Source: Anaerolineales bacterium | GTDB lineage: Bacteria; Chloroflexota; Anaerolineae; Anaerolineales; E44-bin32 | Assembly: GCA_041573795.1 (NCBI GenBank) | Contig: JBFFQB010000001.1 | Span: 18,876 to 82,875 of the forward strand | Direction of reading: 5' to 3' | Length of the DNA stretch: 64,000 nucleotides | In this document: piece after piece, positions 1 through 8,764 of the stretch | Position numbering within the stretch: the first letter of the stretch is position 1 | Layout of the letters: the number at the start of each line of letters is the position of its first letter | Position numbers and translations under genes: made by a program | The notes under the pieces: model-generated | Told to the model about the DNA's origin: nothing | What the model saw: only the letters and a program-made list of their open reading frames with translations | Database searches by the model: none

Positions 1-578
1 AACAGGCCCTCGTACAAGGGGCTAACCGTGTATTTGGGTCCGCCAAAAACTTTAGCGCCGATCTTTTCCGCGTGCTGGAAGGAAAATTCGGCCACAGCCC
101 GACAGGTGTTGCGCGAGATACGTTCTGTCCGAAAGGCGAGGTCATCACCATCCGGTGTTTTCTCTCGCCACTCTTTGGCACCGTAGGCACCGCCAACCGC
201 CATGCGTACAACCGAGATTGGCGCGTGCACGCCCCCGACTGGACGCACGTTTGGGAGACGGCGACCGGTGCGCAGGATTACTTTGCCGTCGATAGCTTCG
301 CGCAGAAGCGCATTTGGGCTACCAACATCATCGGGGTCTGCCGGCGTGATCGTGGCAGCTTTGAGCGCAAGGCCGGTGCCACATATGGCTGTTGCGGCTT
401 CTTCGATGACAGCATTGTCCGTAGCGCGGCGATTCTCTAGACTGAGGTCAAACGTCTGGAAGGAGATTGGTACATTTGTAATTGCCGGATCAATCACCCG
501 AAGAGACTGTTCGAGAAGCTCCTGCCCCGTTTGATCCCCGGCTAATATTACGATGGTTTGGTGGTCGGATTCACTCAT
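1..578 (-). CDS. isocitrate/isopropylmalate dehydrogenase family protein, N-terminal part (gene runs off the left edge)
   Basis: Own translation of the minus strand from ATG at 578-576: MSESDHQTIVILAGDQTGQELLEQSLRVIDPAITNVPISFQTFDLSLENRRATDNAVIEEAATAICGTGLALKAATITPADPDDVGSPNALLREAIDGKVILRTG... The DLSxENRxAT and KAATITP segments resemble NADP-IDH. Absent from the ORF track because it is open at the window edge. The plus-strand ORFs 72-440 and 202-534 are its antisense shadows. Confidence 0.8.
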   Translation of the reverse strand, partial: MSESDHQTIVILAGDQTGQELLEQSLRVIDPAITNVPISFQTFDLSLENRRATDNAVIEEAATAICGTGLALKAATITPADPDDVGSPNALLREAIDGKVILRTGRRLPNVRPVGGVHAPISVVRMAVGGAYGAKEWREKTPDGDDLAFRTERISRNTCRAVAEFSFQHAEKIGAKVFGGPKYTVSPLYEGL

Positions 579-939
579 GGTTGAGGCATTCGTCGATCTT
601 TGCCTGAAGTTCATCCATGCTGATGGGCTTGGGCAGTAGGACGGCTCCCCCAGCCTGTTGAACTCGATCTAAGAGGTCGAATTCCTGTCCGGCGGAAACG
701 ACGATAACAGGGACATCATCGAGCCCCGCAGTTTTGCGTAGTCTGCGCAGTGTCTCCAATCCATCGATGCCGGGCATCATCATATCGAGAAGTACGATAT
801 CCGGTTTCTGTTCGGCGAGTAAGGATAAGGCTTGTTCGCCATTGTAGGCAGAGATCGGTTCGTGCCCCAGCAGTCTCAATGATGCACTGATCAAATCCAC
901 TGTTGTAGCCTGGTCGTCAACAATTAATACCCGCGCCAT
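571..939 (-). CDS. single-domain CheY-like response regulator (receiver only)
   Basis: MARVLIVDDQ...DIVLLDMMMPGIDG...VIVVSA...LPKPI receiver motifs. ATG at 939. The upstream part of ORF 571-1200 is non-homologous extension. The stop TGA 571-573 overlaps the IDH-family start (ATGAGTGA). Confidence 0.9.
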   Translation of the reverse strand: MARVLIVDDQATTVDLISASLRLLGHEPISAYNGEQALSLLAEQKPDIVLLDMMMPGIDGLETLRRLRKTAGLDDVPVIVVSAGQEFDLLDRVQQAGGAVLLPKPISMDELQAKIDECLNHE

Positions 940-947
940 GCTATGCC

Positions 948-1316
948 CTATATACCCGTGACCATGGCCCGCAAGCTGATTGCAGCGAGGAAAAGGCACA
1001 GCAAGCCGTAAGCCAGTGAGGTGTAGGTATCGTCGCGTCCCTTCGTGATGGCATAGTATGCCGGCAAGGCAATTACCGCAACTATCCCGTAGAGGATATG
1101 GACGCCCGCTCGTCCTGGTCGCTCCCCGATGATCCACAGGTACCCGCCCAATAGACCTTGTCCAAGGATGAGCAGTTCTCCTACGGCGAGAATCCCCCAA
1201 TAATTCCCGGTGATGGGTTGATTACGAAAGCGAGCAACAATTCCCCATAACCCGGCAATGACCATAAACAAAAGGACGGAATTGGCTAGCGTTCCATGTA
1301 CAGCGGATAATGTCAC
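948..1316 (-). CDS. hypothetical small integral membrane protein (about 4 TM)
   Basis: Hydrophobic ORF. GTG at 1316 is preceded by GGAGGGAGG (rc of 1321-1333). The track start at 1388 would overlap the carboxypeptidase gene. Confidence 0.55.
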   Translation of the reverse strand: MTLSAVHGTLANSVLLFMVIAGLWGIVARFRNQPITGNYWGILAVGELLILGQGLLGGYLWIIGERPGRAGVHILYGIVAVIALPAYYAITKGRDDTYTSLAYGLLCLFLAAISLRAMVTGI

Positions 1317-1350
1317 TGGATAAGTCCTCCCTCCCCGGCTGATTACGAGC

Positions 1351-2859
1351 TCACTTAAGCGAGTAGAGCTCGCCAAACTTTCTCTCAAGATATTTCACAT
1401 ATGGATCCACGTTCAAGCCCGATCCTACAACACGCTCGAGCAGCTCAAGCGGTTCATATTTTGCACCGCTTTGGTGTATGTTCTCGTGCAGCCAGCCGAG
1501 CAGTTGGCTAAACTCTGCGTTTTCGATCTGCTGCTCAAGTTCGGGAATATCTTGATTGATCTTATCCCAGAGTTGCGCAGCGATCAGGTTGCCCAATGAA
1601 TAGGTCGGGAAGTAGCCGATGTACCCGGCTGACCAATGAACATCTTGGAGCACACCTTGCGCGTCATCGGGAGGGCGCACACCTAAAAATGACTCAAATT
1701 TATCGTTCCAAGCTTGGGGTAGGTCATTTATGGCTAACGCACCTTCGAGTAAAGCGATCTCGAGCTCGAAGCGCACCATTACATGCAGATTATAAGTCGC
1801 TTCATCCGCTTCGACGCGAATAAAGGTTCTGTCCACTTTGTTAATGGCTTTATAGAATGTGTCTAATTTCACGGCGCTCAGTTGATCTGGGAAAATCTTC
1901 TGCAGCCTGGGATAGAACGCCTTCCAGAAAGGTTTACTGCGGCCTACGAGATTTTCCCATAGGCGCGATTGGGATTCGTGCATGCCCAGCGATGTGCCTC
2001 CGGCCAGAGTCGTCCGCTCGAACTTGGGGTCTATGCCCTGTTCGTACATAGCGTGACCGGCTTCATGCATCGTGCCGAAAAGCGCCGGGTTTAGGATATT
2101 TTCGTCAAAGCGCGTCGTTATTCTCACATCTCCTGTTCCAAATCCCGTGGAGAAGGGATGAACGGCTTTATCCTGACGCCCACGGGTTAAGTCATACCCA
2201 AAGGCTTTAATGACTTCGATACCAAATTCCCACTGGCTTTTTTCATCGAAATACTGACAGAGAGGGCTGTCGTCAATCTCAACCCCGCTATCCATGATGG
2301 CCTGTATCAAGGTCACTTGTCGTACACGCAGATCATCGAATACAGGTTTGACATCGGCAGTTTTCATGCCCGGCTCATAATCGTCCAGTAGCGGATCGTA
2401 GATGTGATCGTACGGCGCGAAGAATTCTGCATACTGCCGCTTGAGGCTCAGGATCTTTTCAAGGTGCGGTGCAAAGAGGGTGAAATCAGCATCCGCCCGG
2501 GCTTTTTCCCAATCCTGATGTGCCAAAGCGGTGACACGAGAATGCTCTTCAACCCAAGCTGCCGGCACCCTGATCCGCTTTTTCAGTTCACGGTTGGTGA
2601 CTTTAATCAGTCTGGCCTCGTCCGAATCAGGATCCTGCTCCTGGACCTCGGTTGCGGCCATCTCCAACGTGGACTGAAGTTCTTCGCTCACGAAATGTTC
2701 ATGCGCCAGTCGGCTCAGTGTGGCGAGCTGCATGGCGCGAGCTCCTGCGCCTCCAGGAGGCATGTAGGTTTGTTGATCCCAGCCGAGGACGGCTGCGGCG
2801 TTGCCAATATCGGAGATGACTCCAAGCAACGCTCTTAAGCGCTCAATATGTTCTGCCAT
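1351..2859 (-). CDS. carboxypeptidase M32 (Taq-type thermostable carboxypeptidase 1 family)
   Basis: 502 aa with HEAGHAMYE (HEXXH), HESQSRLWEN and IRVEADEATYNLH family motifs. AGGAGA RBS upstream. Confidence 0.93.
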   Translation of the reverse strand: MAEHIERLRALLGVISDIGNAAAVLGWDQQTYMPPGGAGARAMQLATLSRLAHEHFVSEELQSTLEMAATEVQEQDPDSDEARLIKVTNRELKKRIRVPAAWVEEHSRVTALAHQDWEKARADADFTLFAPHLEKILSLKRQYAEFFAPYDHIYDPLLDDYEPGMKTADVKPVFDDLRVRQVTLIQAIMDSGVEIDDSPLCQYFDEKSQWEFGIEVIKAFGYDLTRGRQDKAVHPFSTGFGTGDVRITTRFDENILNPALFGTMHEAGHAMYEQGIDPKFERTTLAGGTSLGMHESQSRLWENLVGRSKPFWKAFYPRLQKIFPDQLSAVKLDTFYKAINKVDRTFIRVEADEATYNLHVMVRFELEIALLEGALAINDLPQAWNDKFESFLGVRPPDDAQGVLQDVHWSAGYIGYFPTYSLGNLIAAQLWDKINQDIPELEQQIENAEFSQLLGWLHENIHQSGAKYEPLELLERVVGSGLNVDPYVKYLERKFGELYSLK

Positions 2860-3078
2860 GAAGATCTCCTAGCGGGACAGGGGTCTCCGATCTGCGTTAT
2901 CAAACAACTGCTCGAGCGATCACTCGAGCAGTTCGGCAAAGCTTGATGGATTGGCCTGTCAAAAATTCGCCATACGTGCCGCGTTGAAAGAGTACACGAT
3001 ATTGTTTTCGTAAAGAAATGCTGGTCTATTGTACCCTGAGCTATGCCCTTTTAAGGGGCGAAATCACCTTACAATTGA

Positions 3079-3531
3079 CTAATAGTGGCTATATTTCGCT
3101 TCGAGCCGCTCGATTTGCGCCAGGCAGGCATCATCCTGTGGGTTTGGTTGGTACTTGGTCCCGAACCACTCCTCCAGGATTTCATCGGCAAGAACTTCGG
3201 ATACGCGCCGCAGCGATAGACATAGAACGTTGGCGTTATTCCACAAGCGGGCTCCGCGTGCTGTGCCTGCGTCATCGCATAACGCCGCTCGAATTCCAGG
3301 TACTTTGTTGGCGGCAATGCTCACACCCGTGCCGGTCCAGCAGAATAAGATACCTTCTTCTGCCGAGCCTCCGGCCACCGATTCTGCAACAAGCTGTGCT
3401 ACTTGAGGCCAGTCGTGTTCATCCTCTGCAAGCGGTCCATATAGATCCAAGCTGTGACCAGCTTCTTTTAACCAGCGAATAACGACATCGGTTAAGTGCG
3501 TTTTTTCATCTGATCCAACTGCCAGCCGCAT
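3079..3531 (-). CDS. rpiB: ribose-5-phosphate isomerase B (RpiB/LacA/LacB family)
   Basis: 150 aa. MRLAVGSDE...GILFCWTGTGVSIAANKVPGIRAA is typical RpiB. GAGGAGGG RBS. Confidence 0.9.
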   Translation of the reverse strand: MRLAVGSDEKTHLTDVVIRWLKEAGHSLDLYGPLAEDEHDWPQVAQLVAESVAGGSAEEGILFCWTGTGVSIAANKVPGIRAALCDDAGTARGARLWNNANVLCLSLRRVSEVLADEILEEWFGTKYQPNPQDDACLAQIERLEAKYSHY

Positions 3532-3645
3532 AGACCCTCCTCATTTACAATCCTGTCGATCCGTGCTGTGATGATGAACCAGATTCTACCGGAAAGCGGC
3601 TCTTTCAAGAGCAGTGAATGGTGATTTAGGCCAATAGATTGTTTA

Positions 3646-3654
3646 TGGGATAAT
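3646..3654 (+). promoter_or_regulatory. candidate extended -10 promoter element (TGGGATAAT) for the glycan locus
   Basis: TGnGATAAT lies 28 nt upstream of GTG 3682, followed by an AGGAGG RBS at about 3669. It sits in a divergent intergenic region with rpiB. Confidence 0.3.
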
Positions 3655-3681
3655 AAGCCTGTTCCGTAGGAGGATACGCGG

Positions 3682-4968
3682 GTGGATTTTCAAACCATTT
3701 GTGTCCTTGGTTTGGGTTACATCGGTTTACCTACAGCGAGCACTTTTGCCACACACGGCCTGCGAGTCGTGGGGGTGGATGTAAACGAACGGGTGGTGGA
3801 AGTGTTGCGTAATGGGGAAGTGCACATTCACGAACCCGGACTTCGAACCTTGGTCCAGGCTGCATTCCGTTCAGACAACCTCAAGATCAGTGAGGAGCCC
3901 GAAGAGGCGGATGCGTTTGTGATTGCGGTTCCGACCCCAATACTGAGCGATAAACGTGCTGATCTGCGTTATGTTGAGGCAGCCGCTGAATCGATCTCGC
4001 CTCTCTTGCGAGCAGGGAACCTGGTTGTGCTGGAATCGACCTCCCCACCACGCACGACCTTGGACAGGCTGGCGCCCATTCTTGAACACAGCGGACTTAA
4101 GGCGGGGGAGGACTTTTACCTGGCTTATACTGCCGAGCGAGTTTTGCCCGGGAAGATCCTTCAGGAGCTGATCGAGAATGCCCGTGTGGTGGGCGGGGTT
4201 AACCGAGCCTCGGGGGAGGCCGCCCGGGCACTCTATTCCACCTTTGTCCGAGGTGAAATCCACCTTACCGATGCTACTACGGCCGAGATGGTTAAACTGA
4301 TGGAGAACACATACCGCGACATTAACATCGCAGCCGCGAACGAGTTTGCCCGCTTGGGAGAGGCTTTTGGCGTGGATATCTGGCAGGCGATCGCGCTCGC
4401 CAATCTCCATCCAAGGGTGAACATTCTTCAGCCTGGTCCCGGTGTTGGCGGCCACTGCATAAGTGTAGATCCCTGGTTTCTCGTCGAGGCTGCACCTGAT
4501 ATCAGTCAACTCATACAGCAAGCCAGAGTTGTGAATGATGGCCAGCCAGATTATGTCGTCGCCTTGATGCAGCGAGCACTGGGAAGGCTCAAGGGAAAGA
4601 CAATTGCAGCATTAGGATTGGCTTATAAAGCCAATGTGGATGATTTACGTGAAAGTCCAGCGGTAGCGGTTGTAGCCCGATTGGTACAGGCTGGTGCTAG
4701 CGTCCACACCTTCGAGCCCTATGCACCGACAGCTGAGGTGGAAGGCGTAAAAGGATTTCAATCGCTCGATTCCGCCATAGAAGGTGCGGACGCCATCTTA
4801 TTGCTTGTGGATCATAAACAATTCAAGACATTAAAGCCTGAGGTTGTTGCGGAGCGCATGCCTGGTAGGATTGCCGTCGATACCCGAGGGGTATGGTCCG
4901 AAGATGCCTGGCAAGCAGCTGGATTCGCTCTTTTTCAGCTGGGTGTAGGAAAGGCTCCATTAGAATAG
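3682..4968 (+). CDS. wecC: nucleotide-sugar 6-dehydrogenase (UDP-ManNAc / UDP-GlcNAc dehydrogenase, WecC/WbpA-like)
   Basis: 428 aa. N-terminal Rossmann GLGYIGLPTA and catalytic-Cys motif GVGGHCISVDPWF. Adjacent to a 2-epimerase. Substrate assignment is inferred from that neighbour only. Confidence 0.85.
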   Translation: MDFQTICVLGLGYIGLPTASTFATHGLRVVGVDVNERVVEVLRNGEVHIHEPGLRTLVQAAFRSDNLKISEEPEEADAFVIAVPTPILSDKRADLRYVEAAAESISPLLRAGNLVVLESTSPPRTTLDRLAPILEHSGLKAGEDFYLAYTAERVLPGKILQELIENARVVGGVNRASGEAARALYSTFVRGEIHLTDATTAEMVKLMENTYRDINIAAANEFARLGEAFGVDIWQAIALANLHPRVNILQPGPGVGGHCISVDPWFLVEAAPDISQLIQQARVVNDGQPDYVVALMQRALGRLKGKTIAALGLAYKANVDDLRESPAVAVVARLVQAGASVHTFEPYAPTAEVEGVKGFQSLDSAIEGADAILLLVDHKQFKTLKPEVVAERMPGRIAVDTRGVWSEDAWQAAGFALFQLGVGKAPLE

Positions 4969-4970
4969 CG

Positions 4971-6092
4971 ATGCGCGTACTGACCGTTCTGGGAACGAGG
5001 CCCGAAGCCATCAAGATGGCGCCAGTGATTCGGCGGCTTCAACAAACTGAAGGGATTCAATCGCGGGTTTGTGTTACGGCACAACACCGCCAGATGCTGG
5101 ATCAAGTCCTGGCGCTCTTCGAGATCCAACCAGATATCGACCTAAATCTCATGATCCCTGACCAGTCCCTGGCTGAGCTGAGCGCGGCGATATTCGCAGG
5201 GCTGGACCCAGTCATCCGCGCTGAAAAACCTGATTGGCTGCTCGTGCAGGGTGATACCACCACGGTGATGATTGCGGCAATCCTGGCCTATTACAATCAA
5301 GTAAGTATCGGACATGTCGAAGCCGGTTTACGCACTGGTGATAAATGGCAACCATTTCCGGAAGAGATCAACCGCAAGGTGGCCGGTGTTCTAGCAGACC
5401 TGCATTTTGCGCCGACCGAGCGCGCGCGCAAGAACCTGCTTGCTGAAGGGGTGCCGGAGGAACGCATAGTGGTTAGCGGAAATCCGGTCATCGATGCACT
5501 TCTTGATGTGGTTGAGCAACCATATCAGCCTGAAGGTCCACCCTTAAGTGAAATTCCGCAGGATCGAAGCGTGATCCTGGTCACTGCCCATCGCAGGGAG
5601 AACTTCGGTGCGCCCTTTGAACGGATTTTCACCGCCATACGCACACTGGCGAAGGAGTATGCAGACAAGATAACGATCATATATCCGGTGCACCTAAATC
5701 CAAATGTTCAAGAACCCGCGCAGCGGATCCTGGGCAACTTGCCCAACGTCAACCTGGTCAAGCCCCTCGACTACCTGCCGATGGCATATTGGATGAAGCG
5801 TGCCACGCTGATCCTGACCGATTCGGGTGGTTTGCAAGAGGAAGCGCCAGCTTTAGGGACGCCGGTTCTGGTATTGCGTGAACGCACAGAGCGCCCGGAG
5901 GCGCTGGATGCTGGAACCGCTAAGCTGGTGGGCAGCGATCCTGAGCGGATCCTGTCGGAAACGCGCATCCTGCTGGATGATCCCAAGGCGCACCAGGCGA
6001 TGGCACAGGCCACGAATCCTTTTGGGGATGGTCATGCTGCCGAGCGCATCGTGGGCGCATTGATCGACAAAGGCCTGCCATCAAAGACATGA
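4971..6092 (+). CDS. wecB: UDP-N-acetylglucosamine 2-epimerase (non-hydrolysing), WecB/WbpI-like
   Basis: MRVLTVLGTRPEAIKMAPV..., HVEAGLRT, TDSGGLQEEAP motifs. ATG 4971 lies 3 nt after the wecC stop. The track start at 4893 is an out-of-context extension. Confidence 0.92.
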   Translation: MRVLTVLGTRPEAIKMAPVIRRLQQTEGIQSRVCVTAQHRQMLDQVLALFEIQPDIDLNLMIPDQSLAELSAAIFAGLDPVIRAEKPDWLLVQGDTTTVMIAAILAYYNQVSIGHVEAGLRTGDKWQPFPEEINRKVAGVLADLHFAPTERARKNLLAEGVPEERIVVSGNPVIDALLDVVEQPYQPEGPPLSEIPQDRSVILVTAHRRENFGAPFERIFTAIRTLAKEYADKITIIYPVHLNPNVQEPAQRILGNLPNVNLVKPLDYLPMAYWMKRATLILTDSGGLQEEAPALGTPVLVLRERTERPEALDAGTAKLVGSDPERILSETRILLDDPKAHQAMAQATNPFGDGHAAERIVGALIDKGLPSKT

Positions 6093-6535
6093 GTAAAAAG
6101 GACAGCTACACTCGTTTGTTATATGCTCGAAACATACCCGTCCTGGGAAGCTTGGCTTATTTCCTATTAAAACTTCTGGGTGTTGAGGTGCCGCGAAGCG
6201 TTCGCCTGGGGAAAGATGTGACGCTTGAACATGGAGGCTTTGGAGTCGTCATCCATCCCAATTGCGAGATCGGTGATCGAGTCAAGATATACCCAGGTGT
6301 AACCCTTGGTCGAGCGGATATCCACCAGCCCATCGAGGACTCCGGGTTTGAGGGAATATCGATCGGAGATGGTGTCATCCTGGCACCGGGGGCCAAGATT
6401 CTGGGTAAGGAAGGCGTCCTGCGGGTAGGGTCCGGTACGGTTGTGGGTGCAAACGCGGTGCTTTTGGAATCAACAGGCCAGAACCAGATATGGGCGGGTG
6501 TCCCGGCTAAATATGTGGGTTCACGCGAGGTTTAA
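6089..6535 (+). CDS. left-handed beta-helix (hexapeptide) acetyltransferase, serine-acetyltransferase-like
   Basis: 148 aa with hexapeptide repeats (IGDRVKIYPGVTLG, IGDGVILAPGAKILG, VGSGTVVGANAVL). Start overlaps the wecB stop (ATGA 6089-6092). Confidence 0.8.
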   Translation: MSKKDSYTRLLYARNIPVLGSLAYFLLKLLGVEVPRSVRLGKDVTLEHGGFGVVIHPNCEIGDRVKIYPGVTLGRADIHQPIEDSGFEGISIGDGVILAPGAKILGKEGVLRVGSGTVVGANAVLLESTGQNQIWAGVPAKYVGSREV

Positions 6536-6592
6536 AGCCTCAAGCGTTGTGATGGCCCGTCCTGTATATTCTTACTTCCCTGGGAAAGTGAA

Positions 6593-7636
6593 ATGAGTCA
6601 GACTTTCGACCGATCCCTAGGTATGCTCCCGAGGGCACGTGGTGTTGGTGGCATGGTGAGCTTCCAGGCCAAGCTTGAAGAAGAATTGAAAAGGCGTGGC
6701 ATTGGGGTCACCTATGACCTGGAGAGGGATCGCTGCGATGCGGTCCTGGTTGTAGGCGGCACGCGTAAGCTCAACCTCCTGCGCCAGGTGCGTCAAAAAG
6801 GCATCCCAATCTATCAACGCCTTGATGGTATTAATTGGATCCACCGTGTACGTAGCACCGGGTTTAAACATTTCCTGCGGGCAGAGCTTGCCAACTGGCT
6901 GTTAGCACGTATCCGCTCCCGCTTGGCGGATGGGATTATTTACCAGAGTGAATTTGTCGTCGATTGGTGGGATGGGAAGTATGGGCCTGCGAGTGTCCCA
7001 CATACTGTGGTTCACAATGGTGTGGATCTATCAGTGTATTCCCCTGAAGGCGAGCACCAACGGCCCCGGGATCACATCCGGGTATTGATGGTGGAGGGCT
7101 CACTTGCGGGCGGATATGAGCTAGGTCTTGATCACGGTATTCAGTTTTGTGAGCATCTGGCCAAGATCACCGACCAGGCAGTGGAATTGATGATCGTTGG
7201 CCAGGCAGATGCGCGCACGCAGCTGGAAGCGGATCGACGATCCTCCATAACGCTGCATTGGGTGGGACTGGTACAACGCGAGCAAATTCCTGCGCTGGAT
7301 CGCTCCGCTCATCTATTTTTCGCTGCCGACATTCATCCAGCATGCCCCAATGCGGTGATTGAAGCATTGGCTTGTGGACTACCCGTGGTCGGGTTTGATA
7401 CGGGGGCATTATCAGAGCTCGTCGTTGGGGGTACTGGACGGATTGTGGACTATGGAGGGGATGCGTGGAAGCTGGGCACCCCGAATTTTTTGGGTTTGGC
7501 ACAGGCGGCATTGGAGGTGGTGGCCGATCAAACCGGATTTCGCAGCCGGGCACGAATCCACGCAGAGCAATACCTGAGCGTGGCCAAAATGACGGATGGC
7601 TATTTATCAGCGATGGGCTGGAATGATCCGGTTTAG
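6593..7636 (+). CDS. glycosyltransferase family 4 (GT-B)
   Basis: 347 aa. C-terminal GT1/GT4 signature ...CPNAVIEALACGLPVVGFDTGALSELV... Confidence 0.8.
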   Translation: MSQTFDRSLGMLPRARGVGGMVSFQAKLEEELKRRGIGVTYDLERDRCDAVLVVGGTRKLNLLRQVRQKGIPIYQRLDGINWIHRVRSTGFKHFLRAELANWLLARIRSRLADGIIYQSEFVVDWWDGKYGPASVPHTVVHNGVDLSVYSPEGEHQRPRDHIRVLMVEGSLAGGYELGLDHGIQFCEHLAKITDQAVELMIVGQADARTQLEADRRSSITLHWVGLVQREQIPALDRSAHLFFAADIHPACPNAVIEALACGLPVVGFDTGALSELVVGGTGRIVDYGGDAWKLGTPNFLGLAQAALEVVADQTGFRSRARIHAEQYLSVAKMTDGYLSAMGWNDPV

Positions 7637-7654
7637 ATCCAGGCTGCGATATTG

Positions 7655-8764
7655 ATGGATACATCGTTGACGTTCACAGGAAGACTTGGCTTGCAGCAGC
7701 GAGTTCTGCCCACCTACCGTGCTCCATTCTTCGACCACCTTGCGCAAGTATGTACGGATCAATTGAGTGTATATGCAGGCTCACCACGTCCAACTGAGGG
7801 GATTCACCCGGCGGGAGAGTTGAAGCTTGCACGCTATTATCATGGCCAGAATATCCATCTGTTGCGCGGTGCCTTTTACCTGTGCTGGCAACGCGATTTG
7901 ATGTCCTGGCTAGAGGATTGGGATCCCGACGCATTAATCATGGAGGCCAATCCGCGCTATCCAGCCAGCCGTGGTGCCCTCAACTGGATGCATTCCCGCC
8001 GTCGCCCGGTTTTGGGTTGGGGATTGGGCGCTGCGGGGCTATCAGGCCCGTTAGGTTCGTTGCGAGGTAATTTCCGTACGAGGTTTGTTGAACAGTTTGA
8101 CGTACTCATCGCCTACAGTGAGCAAGGTGCAGCAGAGTATGCCGCGCTTGGAATACCGCGTGAAAGGATCGTCGTCGCCGCCAACGCAGTGGCTTTGCCG
8201 CCTGTGGCTAAGCCACTGCGCCCCCCACTCGCTGATCGGCCTGCCAGGGTGATCTTCGTGGGTCGTTTGCAAGCTCGGAAACGCGTCGATCTGCTCTTGA
8301 ATGCATGTGCACGCCTCGAGCCTGCACCCGAGCTGATCGTCGTTGGAGAGGGTCCAGAACGCATTGCGCTCGAGCAGCTCGCCAGAGCAATATTGCCTCA
8401 TGCCGATTTTCGTGGAGCGCTCTTTGATCTTAAACTCCAACAAGTTCTTGAGCAGGCCGACCTGTTCGTTTTACCAGGTACAGGAGGTCTGGCTGTTCAA
8501 CAGGCCATGGCTTGCGGATTGCCTGTGATCGTTGCCGAAGGGGATGGAACCCAGAATGATCTGGTAAGCGGGGGGAATGGCTGGTTGATACCGCCCGGCG
8601 ACCTGGACGCGTTGGTCGCAACCCTGCGATCGGCGCTGCAGGATCCAGATAAGTTGAGCTCGATGGGCGATAACTCCTACCAGTTGGCAGTGGAGCGTTA
8701 TAACATCGATACGATGCGAAGCCAATTTTTACATGCCTTGGCACTTGCGCGCGAGGGAGTTTGA
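7655..8764 (+). CDS. glycosyltransferase family 4 (GT-B)
   Basis: About 369 aa. ...FVGRLQARKRVD..., GLAVQQAMACGLPVIVAEGDGTQNDLV motif. ATG 7655 (TTG 7652 is also possible). Confidence 0.8.
   Translation: MDTSLTFTGRLGLQQRVLPTYRAPFFDHLAQVCTDQLSVYAGSPRPTEGIHPAGELKLARYYHGQNIHLLRGAFYLCWQRDLMSWLEDWDPDALIMEANPRYPASRGALNWMHSRRRPVLGWGLGAAGLSGPLGSLRGNFRTRFVEQFDVLIAYSEQGAAEYAALGIPRERIVVAANAVALPPVAKPLRPPLADRPARVIFVGRLQARKRVDLLLNACARLEPAPELIVVGEGPERIALEQLARAILPHADFRGALFDLKLQQVLEQADLFVLPGTGGLAVQQAMACGLPVIVAEGDGTQNDLVSGGNGWLIPPGDLDALVATLRSALQDPDKLSSMGDNSYQLAVERYNIDTMRSQFLHALALAREGV

Noticed and set aside
72-534. Plus-strand ORFs 72-440 (122 aa) and 202-534 (110 aa) at the left edge
   Set aside because: They lie antisense to a minus-strand frame that translates into a clear IDH-family N-terminus. 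Their own sequences are R/A/C-rich with no recognisable motifs.
2911-2942. 11-bp perfect inverted repeat AACTGCTCGAG-CGATCA-CTCGAGCAGTT between rpiB and the carboxypeptidase gene; considered as a terminator or operator
   Set aside because: It is not followed by a T-run on the minus (transcribed) strand and contains two XhoI-type CTCGAG palindromes. It may be a weak terminator or a protein-binding site, but I cannot support either from sequence alone.
6552-6596. 14-codon mini-ORF (MARPVYSYFPGKVK) ending in ATGA overlap with the GT4 start at 6593; considered as a frameshifted N-terminus or leader peptide
   Set aside because: It is too short to evaluate and has no RBS. The downstream GT4 ORF is intact and plausible from ATG 6593, so I treat it as coincidence unless it is conserved in relatives.
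7167-7664. 165-aa minus-strand ORF inside the GT4 gene
   Set aside because: It is antisense to a gene with a clear GT4 signature. Its P/S/R-rich low-complexity translation is typical of GC-rich antisense frames.
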